NCBI GenBank assembly: GCA_963836075.1
Contig: CAWIIB010000001.1
Span: forward strand, 800,001 to 864,000
Direction: 5' to 3'
DNA: 64,000 bases
From: an uncultured Acidobacteriota bacterium
Lineage (GTDB): Bacteria; Acidobacteriota; JAQAZP01
Under the pieces are notes generated by a model. It was not told where the DNA came from and ran no database searches. It saw nothing but the letters and a program-made list of their open reading frames with translations. The translations under genes and the position numbers were made by a program. Positions 11,728-21,685 of this stretch are shown here, one piece after another. The first letter of the stretch is position 1. Each line of letters starts with the position of its first letter.

Positions 11728-12416
11728 TCATCCCCGCACGTGACGAGGAGCAGACCATCGGCCTGGTGGTGGGCGACTGTCTCCGGGTGCTGGGGGAGAT
11801 GGGCCTGGACCACGAAGTCATCGTGGTGGACGACGGATCATCGGACGGCACGGCCCGCGCGGTGGAAGGCCTGGACTGCACGCTGCTTGGCATTGACGGG
11901 CCGGCCCACGGCAAGGGCGTTGCCTTGCGGAAGGGCTTTGCCGCGGCCCGGCACCAGACCTTCCTGATGCTCGACGCCGACTATTCCCACCGCGCCGAGG
12001 ATATCCCGCTGCTCTGGGAGGAGTTCCGCAAGGGCTATGGCCTGGTGGTGGCCGACCGGCTGATCGGCGGCAGTGACGAGTACACCTTTTCCCGCTGCTA
12101 CGGCAACCTTTTCCTCACCACCGTCTTCTCCACCCTCTTCGGCGTCCAGCTCAACGACTCGCTCAACGGGTTCAAGATCTTTGACCGCACGGTCTTCGAC
12201 AGTTTCACTTACACCGCCGAGGACTTCTCCATCGAGATCGAGCTGCTGTCCAACACCAAGCGCCTCGGCCTGAGCATCGGCCAGATCCGCTCCCACGAGC
12301 GGGCCCGCCAGGGCGGCCGGGCCAAGAGCTTCGCCTTCCGCCACGGCTTCTCCTTCCTCTTCCGCATCCTCCACGAACGCTGGCGAAAACCGGAAAAACG
12401 AAACCCGGGCCCCTAG
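11694..12416 (+). CDS. GT2 glycosyltransferase, polyprenyl-phosphate (DPM1-like) type
   Basis: 'ISVIIPARDEE', 'VVDDGSSDGT', 'GKG.ALR.G', 'LDADYSH', 'DSLNGFK'. Confidence 0.9.
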   Translation: MALESDSGISVIIPARDEEQTIGLVVGDCLRVLGEMGLDHEVIVVDDGSSDGTARAVEGLDCTLLGIDGPAHGKGVALRKGFAAARHQTFLMLDADYSHRAEDIPLLWEEFRKGYGLVVADRLIGGSDEYTFSRCYGNLFLTTVFSTLFGVQLNDSLNGFKIFDRTVFDSFTYTAEDFSIEIELLSNTKRLGLSIGQIRSHERARQGGRAKSFAFRHGFSFLFRILHERWRKPEKRNPGP

Positions 12417-12452
12417 TCCATCCTGTCGTCCCAACCGTGGAGCCCCTATCGG

Positions 12453-12863
12453 CTACTCTTCCCCGCTCTCGCCAACGACCTGCCTCTGGTAGTCGGCTTC
12501 ATCGAAATGCCCCAGGGACACTGCGATCAGGCCTTCATCGCCGAAGGTCCATTCCTCGTACCCGCTGATCCGCACGGCCCTGCCGGAGCCTCCAGGACCG
12601 GTGTTCGTGCCGGTCAGGGTCCAGCGATACACACAGTGGTCATCAGCCACGCTGATGTCGTCCATGGCCACAATCATGTCCGGAAAAGCGGTCATGAAGT
12701 CCTGTGCCGCGGCGGAGATCGCCGCGCGCCCAACCGACGGGCTCCCCTCATTGATCTTCAGCGAACCGCTCTCGGAATAAAATGAAGCGACACGAGCGGC
12801 ATCCTGACTGCACCAGGCCGACGTGTAGTTCGACGCGAACGCTTTCAGCTTTTCGGAATCCAT
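12453..12863 (-). CDS. SnoaL/NTF2-like protein (in frame with the upstream hydrolase C-terminus)
   Basis: 'YTSAWCSQDAARVASFY', 'FMTAFPDM', 'WTLTGTNTGPGG.G..VRISGYEEW'; GGAGGA precedes the ATG. Confidence 0.8.
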   Translation of the reverse strand: MDSEKLKAFASNYTSAWCSQDAARVASFYSESGSLKINEGSPSVGRAAISAAAQDFMTAFPDMIVAMDDISVADDHCVYRWTLTGTNTGPGGSGRAVRISGYEEWTFGDEGLIAVSLGHFDEADYQRQVVGESGEE

Positions 12864-13965
12864 CGGCATTCCTCCCGGTGCGCATTCAAAACTCTCGAAG
12901 AACCGTATCAGTTTGACGGCATTTTCCTCCGAGACCTCGATCCCCCACATATCGCAAAACGTACGGAACGTTTCCAGGTTGACATCGTGGTTGTAGGAAC
13001 CGAAGGAGCGGTCGATTCTCCCCTCCAGACCGACGTTGACGTCCAGCATCAACAGCGGCGCCTCGCAGGAGAGGTCGAAGCTGCTCAGCGAGAGGCGCCG
13101 GACAGCGGGACCGGCCACGGTGCGAAAGTGGACTTCCCGCCTGGCGATGTCGAAGACCACGTTCCATCTGGTGTACAGGTTCGCCGAACCAGTCGCTCCA
13201 CCAGCTCCTGGGGGCCACCACCGTTTTGGTCAACACCTGAAGCGAGTAGTCCACCGGTGAGACGCCTTTTTCGGGGTTGAAGCGCTGAATACTGTCCGCC
13301 GCGGCGGCAACACGCTGGACAGACCGACCCGGATTGTCCGCCGGAATAACGCCCCTTTCAATAAATGCAACTCCGGCATCATAAGGCGCATTGGCCAGGG
13401 CCCTGACCGGCAGGTTCTCGCCGGTGTGATAGACGAACCGGCCGTCCAGAAATTCGAGTGTTGCGCACTCCCCGTTTTCGTCCACCACCATGTAGTGACT
13501 GGAGCACTCGTGCTGGGTCAGCCTCACCGGTGAAACGGCCTCGAAGACCTCCTCGACGCTGCGGCAGGTGTCCAGCACATACTGGACCAGCAGGGCTTCG
13601 CTGAGCGGCGGCCGCTCATCGGGGTCCGGGCACCTCGAGGCCATGAGCTGCATCGTGCTCATGGCCAGGCCGGCCTCGTTCATCCCGCTCCACGGCAGTT
13701 CGCGCCCCACCAGGTTGAACGTCACACTTCCGTACCTGGAGACCCATTTCGCGGTTTCGCCAGATGTGCCGGTGAAGTAGCCTTCCTTGGCGATGCCGCG
13801 CCGGTTGATGAAAAGGTGACCCTCGCCGGTGGTCAAATCAAGGTTTGCCGCGAGAAACGGACCGTGGGAAGTGTCGAGGGAAAAGGATGTGCATGCGCGA
13901 GGCGGGGCAGACAGTGAACTGGTCAGCAACAGGCAACCGATTGTAACCGTGATTAGAACGCGCAT
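12864..13965 (-). CDS. Secreted Ntn-hydrolase, choloylglycine hydrolase/penicillin V acylase (C59) family; one frameshift near 13175
   Basis: Signal peptide, then N-terminal nucleophile 'CTSF', 'ANLD', 'GMNEAGLA', 'QYVLD'. The family motif 'YTRWNVVFD' resumes in another frame after ...FGEP. Confidence 0.8.
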
Positions 13966-14106
13966 CTTTGGCCAATTGACGGGCGCTCGGTATATGAAAA
14001 GCATGTGACCGGGCCCGTGAGGTTTTCGATCCGCTGTGTGAGCCGGGATCGGTCGATACATGTGACAGCTCTCCTCTGAATCGACGTCACACCTCAACCT
14101 GAAGAA

Positions 14107-15300
14107 CTACCTGCTATAAGGCACCAGCCAGATCTCCGTCTGGCGCGGGGAGAGCCAGCGGCAGCCGTCAGCGGTGAGCACCACGATCTCCTCGATGGTG
14201 GCCACCCCGTGGCCGGCGATGGGCAGCCGCGGTTCCAGGGTGTAGACCTGTCCCTCCTCCACCTTCAGGTAGGGCAGCTGGCCGTAGCGCTCCCACTTTG
14301 GACAGAGCAGGCCGCCGCCGTCGTGGGCCACCCGGCCCACCTGGTGACCCAGGGCATGGGGGTATTCCTCGTACCCGGCAGTGGTGATGTGGCTGCGGGC
14401 CTTGTCATCCACCTCCCAGCCCATGACTCCCGGCCGGAGGAACTCCGCGGCCAGGGTCACCGAGTCGAGGATCGTCTGGAAACCGCGCAGCACCTCCTCC
14501 GGGGCCGTTGTCTCCCCTTCCCGAAGAAAATACCAGGTGCGCTGGAGGTCCGAGCAGTAGCCGCCCTTGCGCACCCCGAAGTCGATGTTCAGCACGTGGC
14601 CCGGTTCGGCCGTGCGGCTGGTGGGCCCGGCGTGAGCCCCGGCCGAGTCGGGGCCGGTGAAGATGGCCGGGCAGTGCTCCTCGTCCCAGGCCGGCGGCAG
14701 CCCTGTTTTCTCCCGCTCGGCGATGACAAAGGCCGCGGCCTCCTTCTCGGTCACCCCGGGGCGGAGCCAGCCGCCCAGTTTATCGAAGATGCCGATGGTC
14801 TCGGCGATGGCGCCCTCGATCAGGCTCAGTTCACTCTCCGATTTGCGGCCGCGCAGGGCGGCGATCACCGGCTCGGCCGATACCAGGCGGTCGGCATACG
14901 GTGTGCCTTCGAGATACTCGAGGAGCTTGATATACATGCCGTGGGTCAGGCCGTCGGCCACCGGTGTGTCGGTGGAATAGTTGATGGCGATTTTTTGCGG
15001 ATCGAGACGCTGCAACACCTTGAGCAGTTCCTCGTCGATCCCCTTGACGTAGCCGGTGAGCTCCCGGAAGAGCCCGGTTGTCTCGATGTTCGCCCTGTCC
15101 AGGCTGCCCACCAGGGCGATGGTCTCGCCGCCGGCAGTGACCATGAAGGCCGACTGCCAGGTGCAGCCGGTGCCCAGGATCATGTCCAGCGAGGGGTCGC
15201 GGGTCACTTCGGTTTCGCGGACAAAGGTGAGCCAGAGGTCGATGTCCAGCTGCCGCAGGATCTCGGCGGCCTGGGTCAGTTTTTCCTGTTCCAGATTCAT
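14107..15300 (-). CDS. M24 (Xaa-Pro) aminopeptidase family
   Basis: 'IDFGV...GYCSDLQRT', 'HALGHQVG..AHD', 'TLEP', 'IEE'. Confidence 0.92.
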   Translation of the reverse strand: MNLEQEKLTQAAEILRQLDIDLWLTFVRETEVTRDPSLDMILGTGCTWQSAFMVTAGGETIALVGSLDRANIETTGLFRELTGYVKGIDEELLKVLQRLDPQKIAINYSTDTPVADGLTHGMYIKLLEYLEGTPYADRLVSAEPVIAALRGRKSESELSLIEGAIAETIGIFDKLGGWLRPGVTEKEAAAFVIAEREKTGLPPAWDEEHCPAIFTGPDSAGAHAGPTSRTAEPGHVLNIDFGVRKGGYCSDLQRTWYFLREGETTAPEEVLRGFQTILDSVTLAAEFLRPGVMGWEVDDKARSHITTAGYEEYPHALGHQVGRVAHDGGGLLCPKWERYGQLPYLKVEEGQVYTLEPRLPIAGHGVATIEEIVVLTADGCRWLSPRQTEIWLVPYSR

Positions 15301-15373
15301 GAGCAGACTCCTTGGGATTGTATGGGACGACGTCAGTCAGTATGCCACAGAATGAGCCGGGATGACGACCGTC

Positions 15374-17353
15374 TCAGCGCTCGGTCTCCCAGCCGAGGGC
15401 GATGCGGTCGAGGAGGTGTTTTTCATAGGCATCGCAACGGCCGTCCTCGTGGAAGAAAAGGCGGGCGGTCTCGAAGAGGACCATGGCCTGCCGCTCGTCG
15501 GCGCCCAGGTCCTCGGCCACGTGGCGGTAATGGGTGAACAGCTCCAGCCCGGACACGGCGTCCGACAGCTGGGGCACCGCGGCCACCAGCCGGGCATGGT
15601 CCCAGACGTCGCCGGCCCACAGCCGGCCGGCCAGAGGAACGGTGGTCCCGCCGGGGGCGGCGTTGGTCAGGGTCTTCAGGCCGCCCAGACGGGGCAGCAT
15701 CCGGCCCGGTCCCTTGATCTGCGCCGAACGCCAGAACCAGCGGTTCCACTCCCAGGAGCGTCCCCCCTCGGCCCGCAGGGCCCAGATGGGCAGGTCCGGC
15801 TCCATGGGCGAATAGTAGGTGCCGAGGCGGAGATAACGGCCCTCGGGGTCGTGCCAGAGGAAGAGGGTCTCCTCCACGGGATGCTGGGGATCCTCCGGCC
15901 GCCGCCACCCCTCCACCAGCCGCCAACCGCCGGGAACCCGGCCGGCAAAGGTGACAAAACCATCGGCTCTCGATTCAACGGCCCGCACCAGCCCCTCACC
16001 CCAGTGTGCGCTGCGCCGCAACAGACCTGGTTTACGGACCGCCCCCAACACCGTGTCGGGCCAGCAATTGAACAACAACTGCAGGGCCGTCAGCCCGAGC
16101 AGTGTTGCAGAGGCAAACCGGCGGAGACCGCGCTTGCCAGTCGCTGCGGTCCCGCCGGACCGGATCAGCCCGTCCCAGGCCGCGCCCAGCAGCGGGGAGA
16201 GGGCCAGGCAGAGGCCGAACAGCGGTTCCACTGCGTATCGGCCGGCAAATGCGCCATAGACCAGGATGGGCAGCCCGGCCGCGGCGGACCAGGCCAGCCC
16301 CACGGTTACTGTCCGACCGCCGCTGAGAAAGGCAACGGCCAGGAGCACAGCCAGCAGGGTCACGTGAAAAATCCCCCCGGGAAGGAACAGCAGAAGCAGT
16401 GCCGCCAGGGCCAGGACCGTCATTCCGGCGCGGCCGCCGGCCACGGACAGCCCTTTCCCTTCCGGCGCCGGGCGGAGCAGTGCCAGGGGCAGCAGCAGGA
16501 ACCAGGCCAGGCTTTTCAGCACAGTTCCGGCCTGGACGAGGAAGGTGATCCAAACCAGCTGGAAAGTGAGCGACAGGTCGGCGAGGGCGACCCCGCCACC
16601 GGAGCGGGCCCGGAAGGACGGGATGGCCCAGAGGAGCACAGAGAGTCCGAGGTAAAAGAGCGCCGGACCGAAACGCTCCCAACGGCCGCGTCGCGGCCCG
16701 CCCCCCGCAGCCGCCGCGGCCAGCACCACGGGAATGACAAAAAGCTCGGTTTCCCTGGTGAACAGCGCGGCCAGCAGCAGGGGGAAACCGAGGAACAGGC
16801 CTGCCCGTTTCCCGTCGATCATGAACCAGAAGGTCAGCCGCAGGCCAGCAGCAGCCAGCAGCAGGCCCAGGGCCAGGTTGAGATGGCTGGTCCAGGCCAA
16901 CAGGCCGGCCACCGGCGGGCAGGAGATGAAGAGCAGCGCAGAAAGGGCACCGCCGATGGTACTTCCGGAAAGATAGCCGGCCAGTTCGGCCAGCAGGGCG
17001 GCCAGCAGCACCAGCAACAGCAGGAGAACGGTCTGGTATGCTGCCGGATTCTCCCCCAGACCAACATAGAGCAGAACACGGAAGAGGTTGGTCACCGGTC
17101 TGCCGGGATGAACGTGGGAAAAATGATCTCCTGGGGAAACCGCAGCGAGAACCAGACGGCCGGGAAAACCCGCCCCGGACCCGTCAGGCGCCTCGGATGC
17201 CGTCTGCACCACGTGACGGCAGAAAGCCAGGTGTCCGAAATCGTCAACGCGAAAATAGATCTCGTCGGGCCTGACCGCACTGAGCAGGAAGAATGCCGCC
17301 AGAGCCGTAATGATCACTGCCGCTGCCCTGGACCGCCACATGCCTCTGTTCAT
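15374..17353 (-). CDS. Polytopic membrane protein, GT-C-like glycosyltransferase
   Basis: TM1 followed by 'FRVDD' (acidic loop) and 'RP', about 12 TM helices, 'LFTRE', periplasmic C-terminal domain. Confidence 0.6.
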   Translation of the reverse strand: MNRGMWRSRAAAVIITALAAFFLLSAVRPDEIYFRVDDFGHLAFCRHVVQTASEAPDGSGAGFPGRLVLAAVSPGDHFSHVHPGRPVTNLFRVLLYVGLGENPAAYQTVLLLLLVLLAALLAELAGYLSGSTIGGALSALLFISCPPVAGLLAWTSHLNLALGLLLAAAGLRLTFWFMIDGKRAGLFLGFPLLLAALFTRETELFVIPVVLAAAAAGGGPRRGRWERFGPALFYLGLSVLLWAIPSFRARSGGGVALADLSLTFQLVWITFLVQAGTVLKSLAWFLLLPLALLRPAPEGKGLSVAGGRAGMTVLALAALLLLFLPGGIFHVTLLAVLLAVAFLSGGRTVTVGLAWSAAAGLPILVYGAFAGRYAVEPLFGLCLALSPLLGAAWDGLIRSGGTAATGKRGLRRFASATLLGLTALQLLFNCWPDTVLGAVRKPGLLRRSAHWGEGLVRAVESRADGFVTFAGRVPGGWRLVEGWRRPEDPQHPVEETLFLWHDPEGRYLRLGTYYSPMEPDLPIWALRAEGGRSWEWNRWFWRSAQIKGPGRMLPRLGGLKTLTNAAPGGTTVPLAGRLWAGDVWDHARLVAAVPQLSDAVSGLELFTHYRHVAEDLGADERQAMVLFETARLFFHEDGRCDAYEKHLLDRIALGWETER

Positions 17354-17420
17354 CTACCGTTCACCATTGGTGAAAAGTCTATTTTGGCAACCCGGGCAGC
17401 GGGCCGTCCAGACCCGTGCC

Positions 17421-17449
17421 TTGACAATAACTATTGTGTAATCTATATT
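17421..17449 (+). promoter_or_regulatory. Sigma70 promoter driving the long leader and the KamA-family gene
   Basis: TTGACA-N17-TATATT. Confidence 0.75.
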
Positions 17450-17471
17450 TAGTGTAACCGTAAATAGTGTT

Positions 17472-17720
17472 CAGGGCAACGGTACGCGTTGAAATTCTCC
17501 GGAGTCACCAATGGTGAGTCCGGAATGTGCGGATTAACGGTCCCGTCGGCTTCGGGTTATAGATTATGACAATCTTCCGAGTCCAGACGGCCCTATCCCG
17601 GCTGCGGAACCGCCAGATGATGCCCAGTTATTGGTATCCCGCCCGTTCATGATCGATACCCGAGACAGGGATCCCGGGTATCCGGGATCGTATTGACGAT
17701 CCACTCGATCGGGCGATACA
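17472..17720 (+). ncRNA. Candidate structured cis-regulatory RNA (riboswitch-like 5' leader)
   Basis: Nested stems: GGGCA/TGCCC closing 17474-17625, TCCGGAGTCACC/GGTGAGTCCGGA, CCGTC/GACGG, AGATT/AATCT; second domain 17634-17719 (CGCCC/GGGCG, TACCCG/CGGGTA, GGATCGT/ACGATCC). No credible ORF. Confidence 0.55.
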
Positions 17721-17854
17721 TCACAACATTTTCAGATCCACACCATCCTGGAAGAGGATTCCTTATCCCGGGGGGTGAAATCGACAATTTAAATCGATCA
17801 ACTGCCGGTCTTCATGGATCATGAGACCCTGATCATTTACGTAAAAAGACCCTC

Positions 17855-19006
17855 ATGAGCACAAAATATATCGCCAGTCTCGCGGCAGTTCAGCATCTCG
17901 GCGAAGAGGAAAAACGCGTTCTGCAACAAGTGGTGAACCGGTTCTCGTTCCAGGCCAGTGAACATTACCTCTCGCTGATCGACTGGGATGACCCGGACGA
18001 CCCCATCCGACGGCTGATCGTGCCCGATCTCCATGAACTTCACGCGTGGGGCCGTCTGGATGCCTCCAACGAACAGGACCACACGGTCATCCCCGGCCTG
18101 CAGCACAAATACAATTCCACTGCCCTGCTGCTGGCCAGCAACACCTGCGGCGGGAAATGCCGATACTGTTTCCGCAAGCGGATCTTTCTCGACAGCCGCA
18201 AGGACCAGCTGCGCGATCTCACCGGCGCAGTGGACTATCTGCGGCGTCACCGGGAGATCACCAATGTGCTGATCACCGGAGGCGATCCGCTGACCCTGCC
18301 CCCGTCCCGGCTTGAATCGATAATCGGCCGGCTGATGGACATCGACCACATCCGGATCATCCGCATCGGGACCAAGATGCTCGCTTTCGACCCGTTCCGC
18401 GTGGTGGAAGATCCTTCCCTGCCGGAACTGATCCGGCAGGTGATCATCCGGGGGAAACAGATCTACATCATGAATCACTTCGACCATCCGCGGGAAGTTA
18501 CCGAGCCGTCGGTGGAAGGAATCAGGATGCTGAGCCAGGCCGGTGCGGTGCTGCTCAATCAGACCCCGCTGATCCGGGGGATCAACGATTCCCCGACAGT
18601 GCTGGCCGACCTGTTCAGCGGTCTGGCCGCGTTGGGTGTCAGTCCATACTACGTTTTCCAGTGCCGCCCGGCCCTGGGCAACAAGCCGTATTCGGTTCCC
18701 GTGGAAGAGGGCTACCGGATTTTCGATGCCGCCAAGTCGATGGTCTCCGGCCTGGCCAAACAGGCACGTCTCGTCATGTCCCATGCCGAGGGCAAGATCG
18801 AAGTGGTGGGGAAGACTGACCGTCACATCTTCTTCAAGTTCCACCGTGCTGCCGTTGATCTGGACAGCGGGCAATTCATGATTCGCCGCTGCAATCCCCA
18901 CGCCCACTGGTTCGATGACTATGAGCGGCCTGGATTGCCGGCCCCGGCCCCGGGCCGCTACCTGGAAGGCGGCTATGCTCACCGGGCCCAGGCCAGCCTG
19001 GCCTGA
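17855..19006 (+). CDS. KamA-family radical SAM/PLP 2,3-aminomutase (substrate uncertain)
   Basis: 'GLQHKY', CxxxCxxC 'CGGKCRYCFRK', 'LITGGDPL', 'NQTPLIRGIND', 'PYYVFQC', 'MSHAEGKIE'. Confidence 0.92.
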   Translation: MSTKYIASLAAVQHLGEEEKRVLQQVVNRFSFQASEHYLSLIDWDDPDDPIRRLIVPDLHELHAWGRLDASNEQDHTVIPGLQHKYNSTALLLASNTCGGKCRYCFRKRIFLDSRKDQLRDLTGAVDYLRRHREITNVLITGGDPLTLPPSRLESIIGRLMDIDHIRIIRIGTKMLAFDPFRVVEDPSLPELIRQVIIRGKQIYIMNHFDHPREVTEPSVEGIRMLSQAGAVLLNQTPLIRGINDSPTVLADLFSGLAALGVSPYYVFQCRPALGNKPYSVPVEEGYRIFDAAKSMVSGLAKQARLVMSHAEGKIEVVGKTDRHIFFKFHRAAVDLDSGQFMIRRCNPHAHWFDDYERPGLPAPAPGRYLEGGYAHRAQASLA

Positions 19007-19024
19007 CCACCCCCGCCGGGAAAG

Positions 19025-19053
19025 TTGATTCGCCGCCACTGATGTGGTAGATT
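19025..19053 (+). promoter_or_regulatory. Putative sigma70 promoter for the GT2/GT-C operon
   Basis: TTGATT-N17-TAGATT with extended -10 TG. Confidence 0.45.
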
Positions 19054-19130
19054 CTGGCTCGCGTCAAAAGTCCTTTGTTTTGAACAATCAACATTGACCA
19101 GCACCCGCTGTCGGCCCTAAAGGCACCATT

Positions 19131-20168
19131 GTGACCGATTCGTCCGACCACACTCCGCGGCTATCGGTGATCATCGCCGTGTACAACGGGGAGCACATCA
19201 TCCAGCAGACCCTGGAGGCCCTGGGCACCTCCGGCTTCACCGATTTCGAAACGGTGGTGGTGGACGATGCCAGCACCGACCGCTCGGCGGAGCTGATCGC
19301 CCGGTTCCCGGTGCGGCTGGTGCGGTTGGACCGGAACCGCGGCGCCGGGTTCGCCCGGAACGAGGGTGCGCGGCAGGCCCGCGGCGACATCCTGTTCATC
19401 ACCGACCAGGACTGCCTGGTGGAGCCGGAGACCCTGGGCCGGGCCGTTGAAGCGGCAACCGGCCGCCCCCGGCGGATTGTGGGCGGGACCTACACCACCA
19501 TCCCGGCGGACCGCCATCTTTTTGCCAGTTCCTTCCAGTCGCTCCACGTCCACTACTTCGAGACAAAGCTCGCACGCCCCGACTATGTGGCGGCCCATGC
19601 CATGGTGCTCCCCAGAAAGCTCTTCCTCGACCATGGCGGGTTCCCCGAGGAGCCGATCATGGGCAAACTGGACGGGCTGGCCGCCGACGTGCACCTCTGC
19701 CGCGAGATGCGGGGAGACGGCGTGGAGGTGGTGGCCGACCCCACCATCCTGGTGCGCCACGACTTTGGATTCACCGTGTGGAAATCACTGGAAAACGCGG
19801 CCCGCAAGAGCTACACCTGGACCCGCTATGCCCTGGACCAGAGTGCGCTGTTCACCGATTCGGGCAGCGCCTCCACCGAGATGAAGCTGGGGGGAATTTT
19901 TTCCGGTCTGTTCACCGCCGGCCTGCTGCCGGCGCTCCTCACCGGTTCGCTGCCGCTCTGGCTGCTGACCCTGCTGTCGCTGGCCGCGGCCATCTGGGTC
20001 AACCGGCGGTTCTACGGCTTTATCCAACGCGAGCGGGGGACCCTGTTCATGCTGCGGTCCGTGCTCTTTTATACGGTGATGCTCGACCTGATCCTCGTTG
20101 CCTCGGCTCTGGCCACTGCCCGCCACCTGCTGGCCGGGAGGGGGCCGGACAGGGGGACCGGACGATGA
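19131..20168 (+). CDS. GT2 glycosyltransferase with C-terminal TM helices
   Basis: 'LSVIIAVYN', 'VVDDASTD', 'ARNEG', 'ITDQDC'. Confidence 0.88.
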   Translation: MTDSSDHTPRLSVIIAVYNGEHIIQQTLEALGTSGFTDFETVVVDDASTDRSAELIARFPVRLVRLDRNRGAGFARNEGARQARGDILFITDQDCLVEPETLGRAVEAATGRPRRIVGGTYTTIPADRHLFASSFQSLHVHYFETKLARPDYVAAHAMVLPRKLFLDHGGFPEEPIMGKLDGLAADVHLCREMRGDGVEVVADPTILVRHDFGFTVWKSLENAARKSYTWTRYALDQSALFTDSGSASTEMKLGGIFSGLFTAGLLPALLTGSLPLWLLTLLSLAAAIWVNRRFYGFIQRERGTLFMLRSVLFYTVMLDLILVASALATARHLLAGRGPDRGTGR

Positions 20169-21685
20169 CCCGGACGGCGGCAGCGGCCGCGTATCGCTGG
20201 GGGTTTCCCCTGCTGCTGGCCCTGTTGCTGCTGGGGCTGAAGTGGCCCTCCCTCTCCCTGCCGGTGTGGGGCGACGGTCAGGCCTACGTGGTGCCCAACG
20301 GCCTGCTGCTGCTGGAGGAACCGGGGCAGCTCTTCATTCCCGACGAGGTCCACCCGCCCTTCTACTTCCGTTTGCTGGCCGAAGCCTACCGCCTCTTCGG
20401 CACCAGCCTGGCGGTGTCCCATGGACTGATCCTCTTCTTCGCCTTTTTGGCACTGCTCTATACCTGGCGGCTGGGTGAGGCCTTTTTCGGCCGCGGCACC
20501 GGGGCCGCCGCCTCGCTGTTACTGCTCTTTTGCCCGCTCTTCTTCTGCCAGGCAGGGCTGGTCCGCCTGGCCATCCCGCTCACCGCCTTTACAGTGATGA
20601 CGCTCTTCTACGGCCTCTCCGCCCGGCCGCTGCCCCTGGCCCTGTTTGGCGCGGCCCTGGTGCTGACCAAGCACCCCGGCATCTTCATCATCGCCGGCCT
20701 GCTGGCCGCGCTGCTGCTGCCGCTGCTGCGACCGGGCACCGGGAAGCTCCCCGGCGGGAAATCGATCCGATGGCCATTGTTGCTGGCTGCCGGCCTGCCC
20801 GTGGGCGTCTTCCTCCTCTGGGCCCTCTCCTGCCGCCTGCACTATGGCTGGATGTTTCACCCGGAGAACACCGCCGACCTGGGCCTGACAGCCGGGCCGT
20901 TGCTGGCCCGGGTGGGATACTGGCTGCGCCAGTTGTTGCTGCTGAAGTGGATGTGGGTCCCGGCCCTGTTCATCATCGGGGGAGCCAGTGTCCTGCTGCG
21001 ATCCGCAGCGCCCGGCCACCAGGCCCGGCCCGGGCCGCGGGGTTGGGAGCTGGCAACGGCGCTGGGATTGCCATATGTCTTCTTCATCGGTTTCTTCTCC
21101 TGTTATGCCTATGATTTCCCCCGTTACCTGCTGCCGCTCTATCCCTCGTTCTTCCTGCTTGCCGCGGCCGGGGCGCGAAAACTGGCCGGGCAACGGCCGA
21201 TGGCCGGCCTGACCCTGCTGCTGGCGCTGTCGCTCCCCCTGTTCACCTCCGGCTGGTTCCGCGACTACACCCTCCCCCGCCCCCGGGAATACTACGAGAG
21301 CGACCTGGCCTATGAGGAAGTGCTGGCCGCCAAGCGGGCCGCGGCAGCCCACCTCGAACAGCACCACCCGGGGAAAACCGTGCTCACCGGCAAACCGGCG
21401 CTGGACCTCCGGGAACCGGCCTTTGGTTACGTCAGCCACCCCATGGCCGTGATCCACCTGCCGCGGCGCAAGGGCCTGGACCTCGACCTGTTCCGCAAGG
21501 CCGACCTCTTCTACCTCTTCTCCGCCACCAGCCCCGAGGTGGAGGGCGAGAACGGGAAGCAGCTGATCAGGGCCGGGATCCGGCCGGTGCGGGAGGCCGA
21601 CTTCTCCATCCCGGCCATCCCGCTCAAGATCTACCGGCTGGAGGCGGTCCCTCCCGCCACCGGCACCGGGGAGGGGCGGCGATGA
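20165..21685 (+). CDS. GT-C (ArnT/PMT-like) membrane glycosyltransferase
   Basis: ATGA coupling; 'WGD', 'HPPFY', 'LTK..G', 'PRYLLPLYP'; multiple TMs. Confidence 0.8.
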   Translation: MTRTAAAAAYRWGFPLLLALLLLGLKWPSLSLPVWGDGQAYVVPNGLLLLEEPGQLFIPDEVHPPFYFRLLAEAYRLFGTSLAVSHGLILFFAFLALLYTWRLGEAFFGRGTGAAASLLLLFCPLFFCQAGLVRLAIPLTAFTVMTLFYGLSARPLPLALFGAALVLTKHPGIFIIAGLLAALLLPLLRPGTGKLPGGKSIRWPLLLAAGLPVGVFLLWALSCRLHYGWMFHPENTADLGLTAGPLLARVGYWLRQLLLLKWMWVPALFIIGGASVLLRSAAPGHQARPGPRGWELATALGLPYVFFIGFFSCYAYDFPRYLLPLYPSFFLLAAAGARKLAGQRPMAGLTLLLALSLPLFTSGWFRDYTLPRPREYYESDLAYEEVLAAKRAAAAHLEQHHPGKTVLTGKPALDLREPAFGYVSHPMAVIHLPRRKGLDLDLFRKADLFYLFSATSPEVEGENGKQLIRAGIRPVREADFSIPAIPLKIYRLEAVPPATGTGEGRR

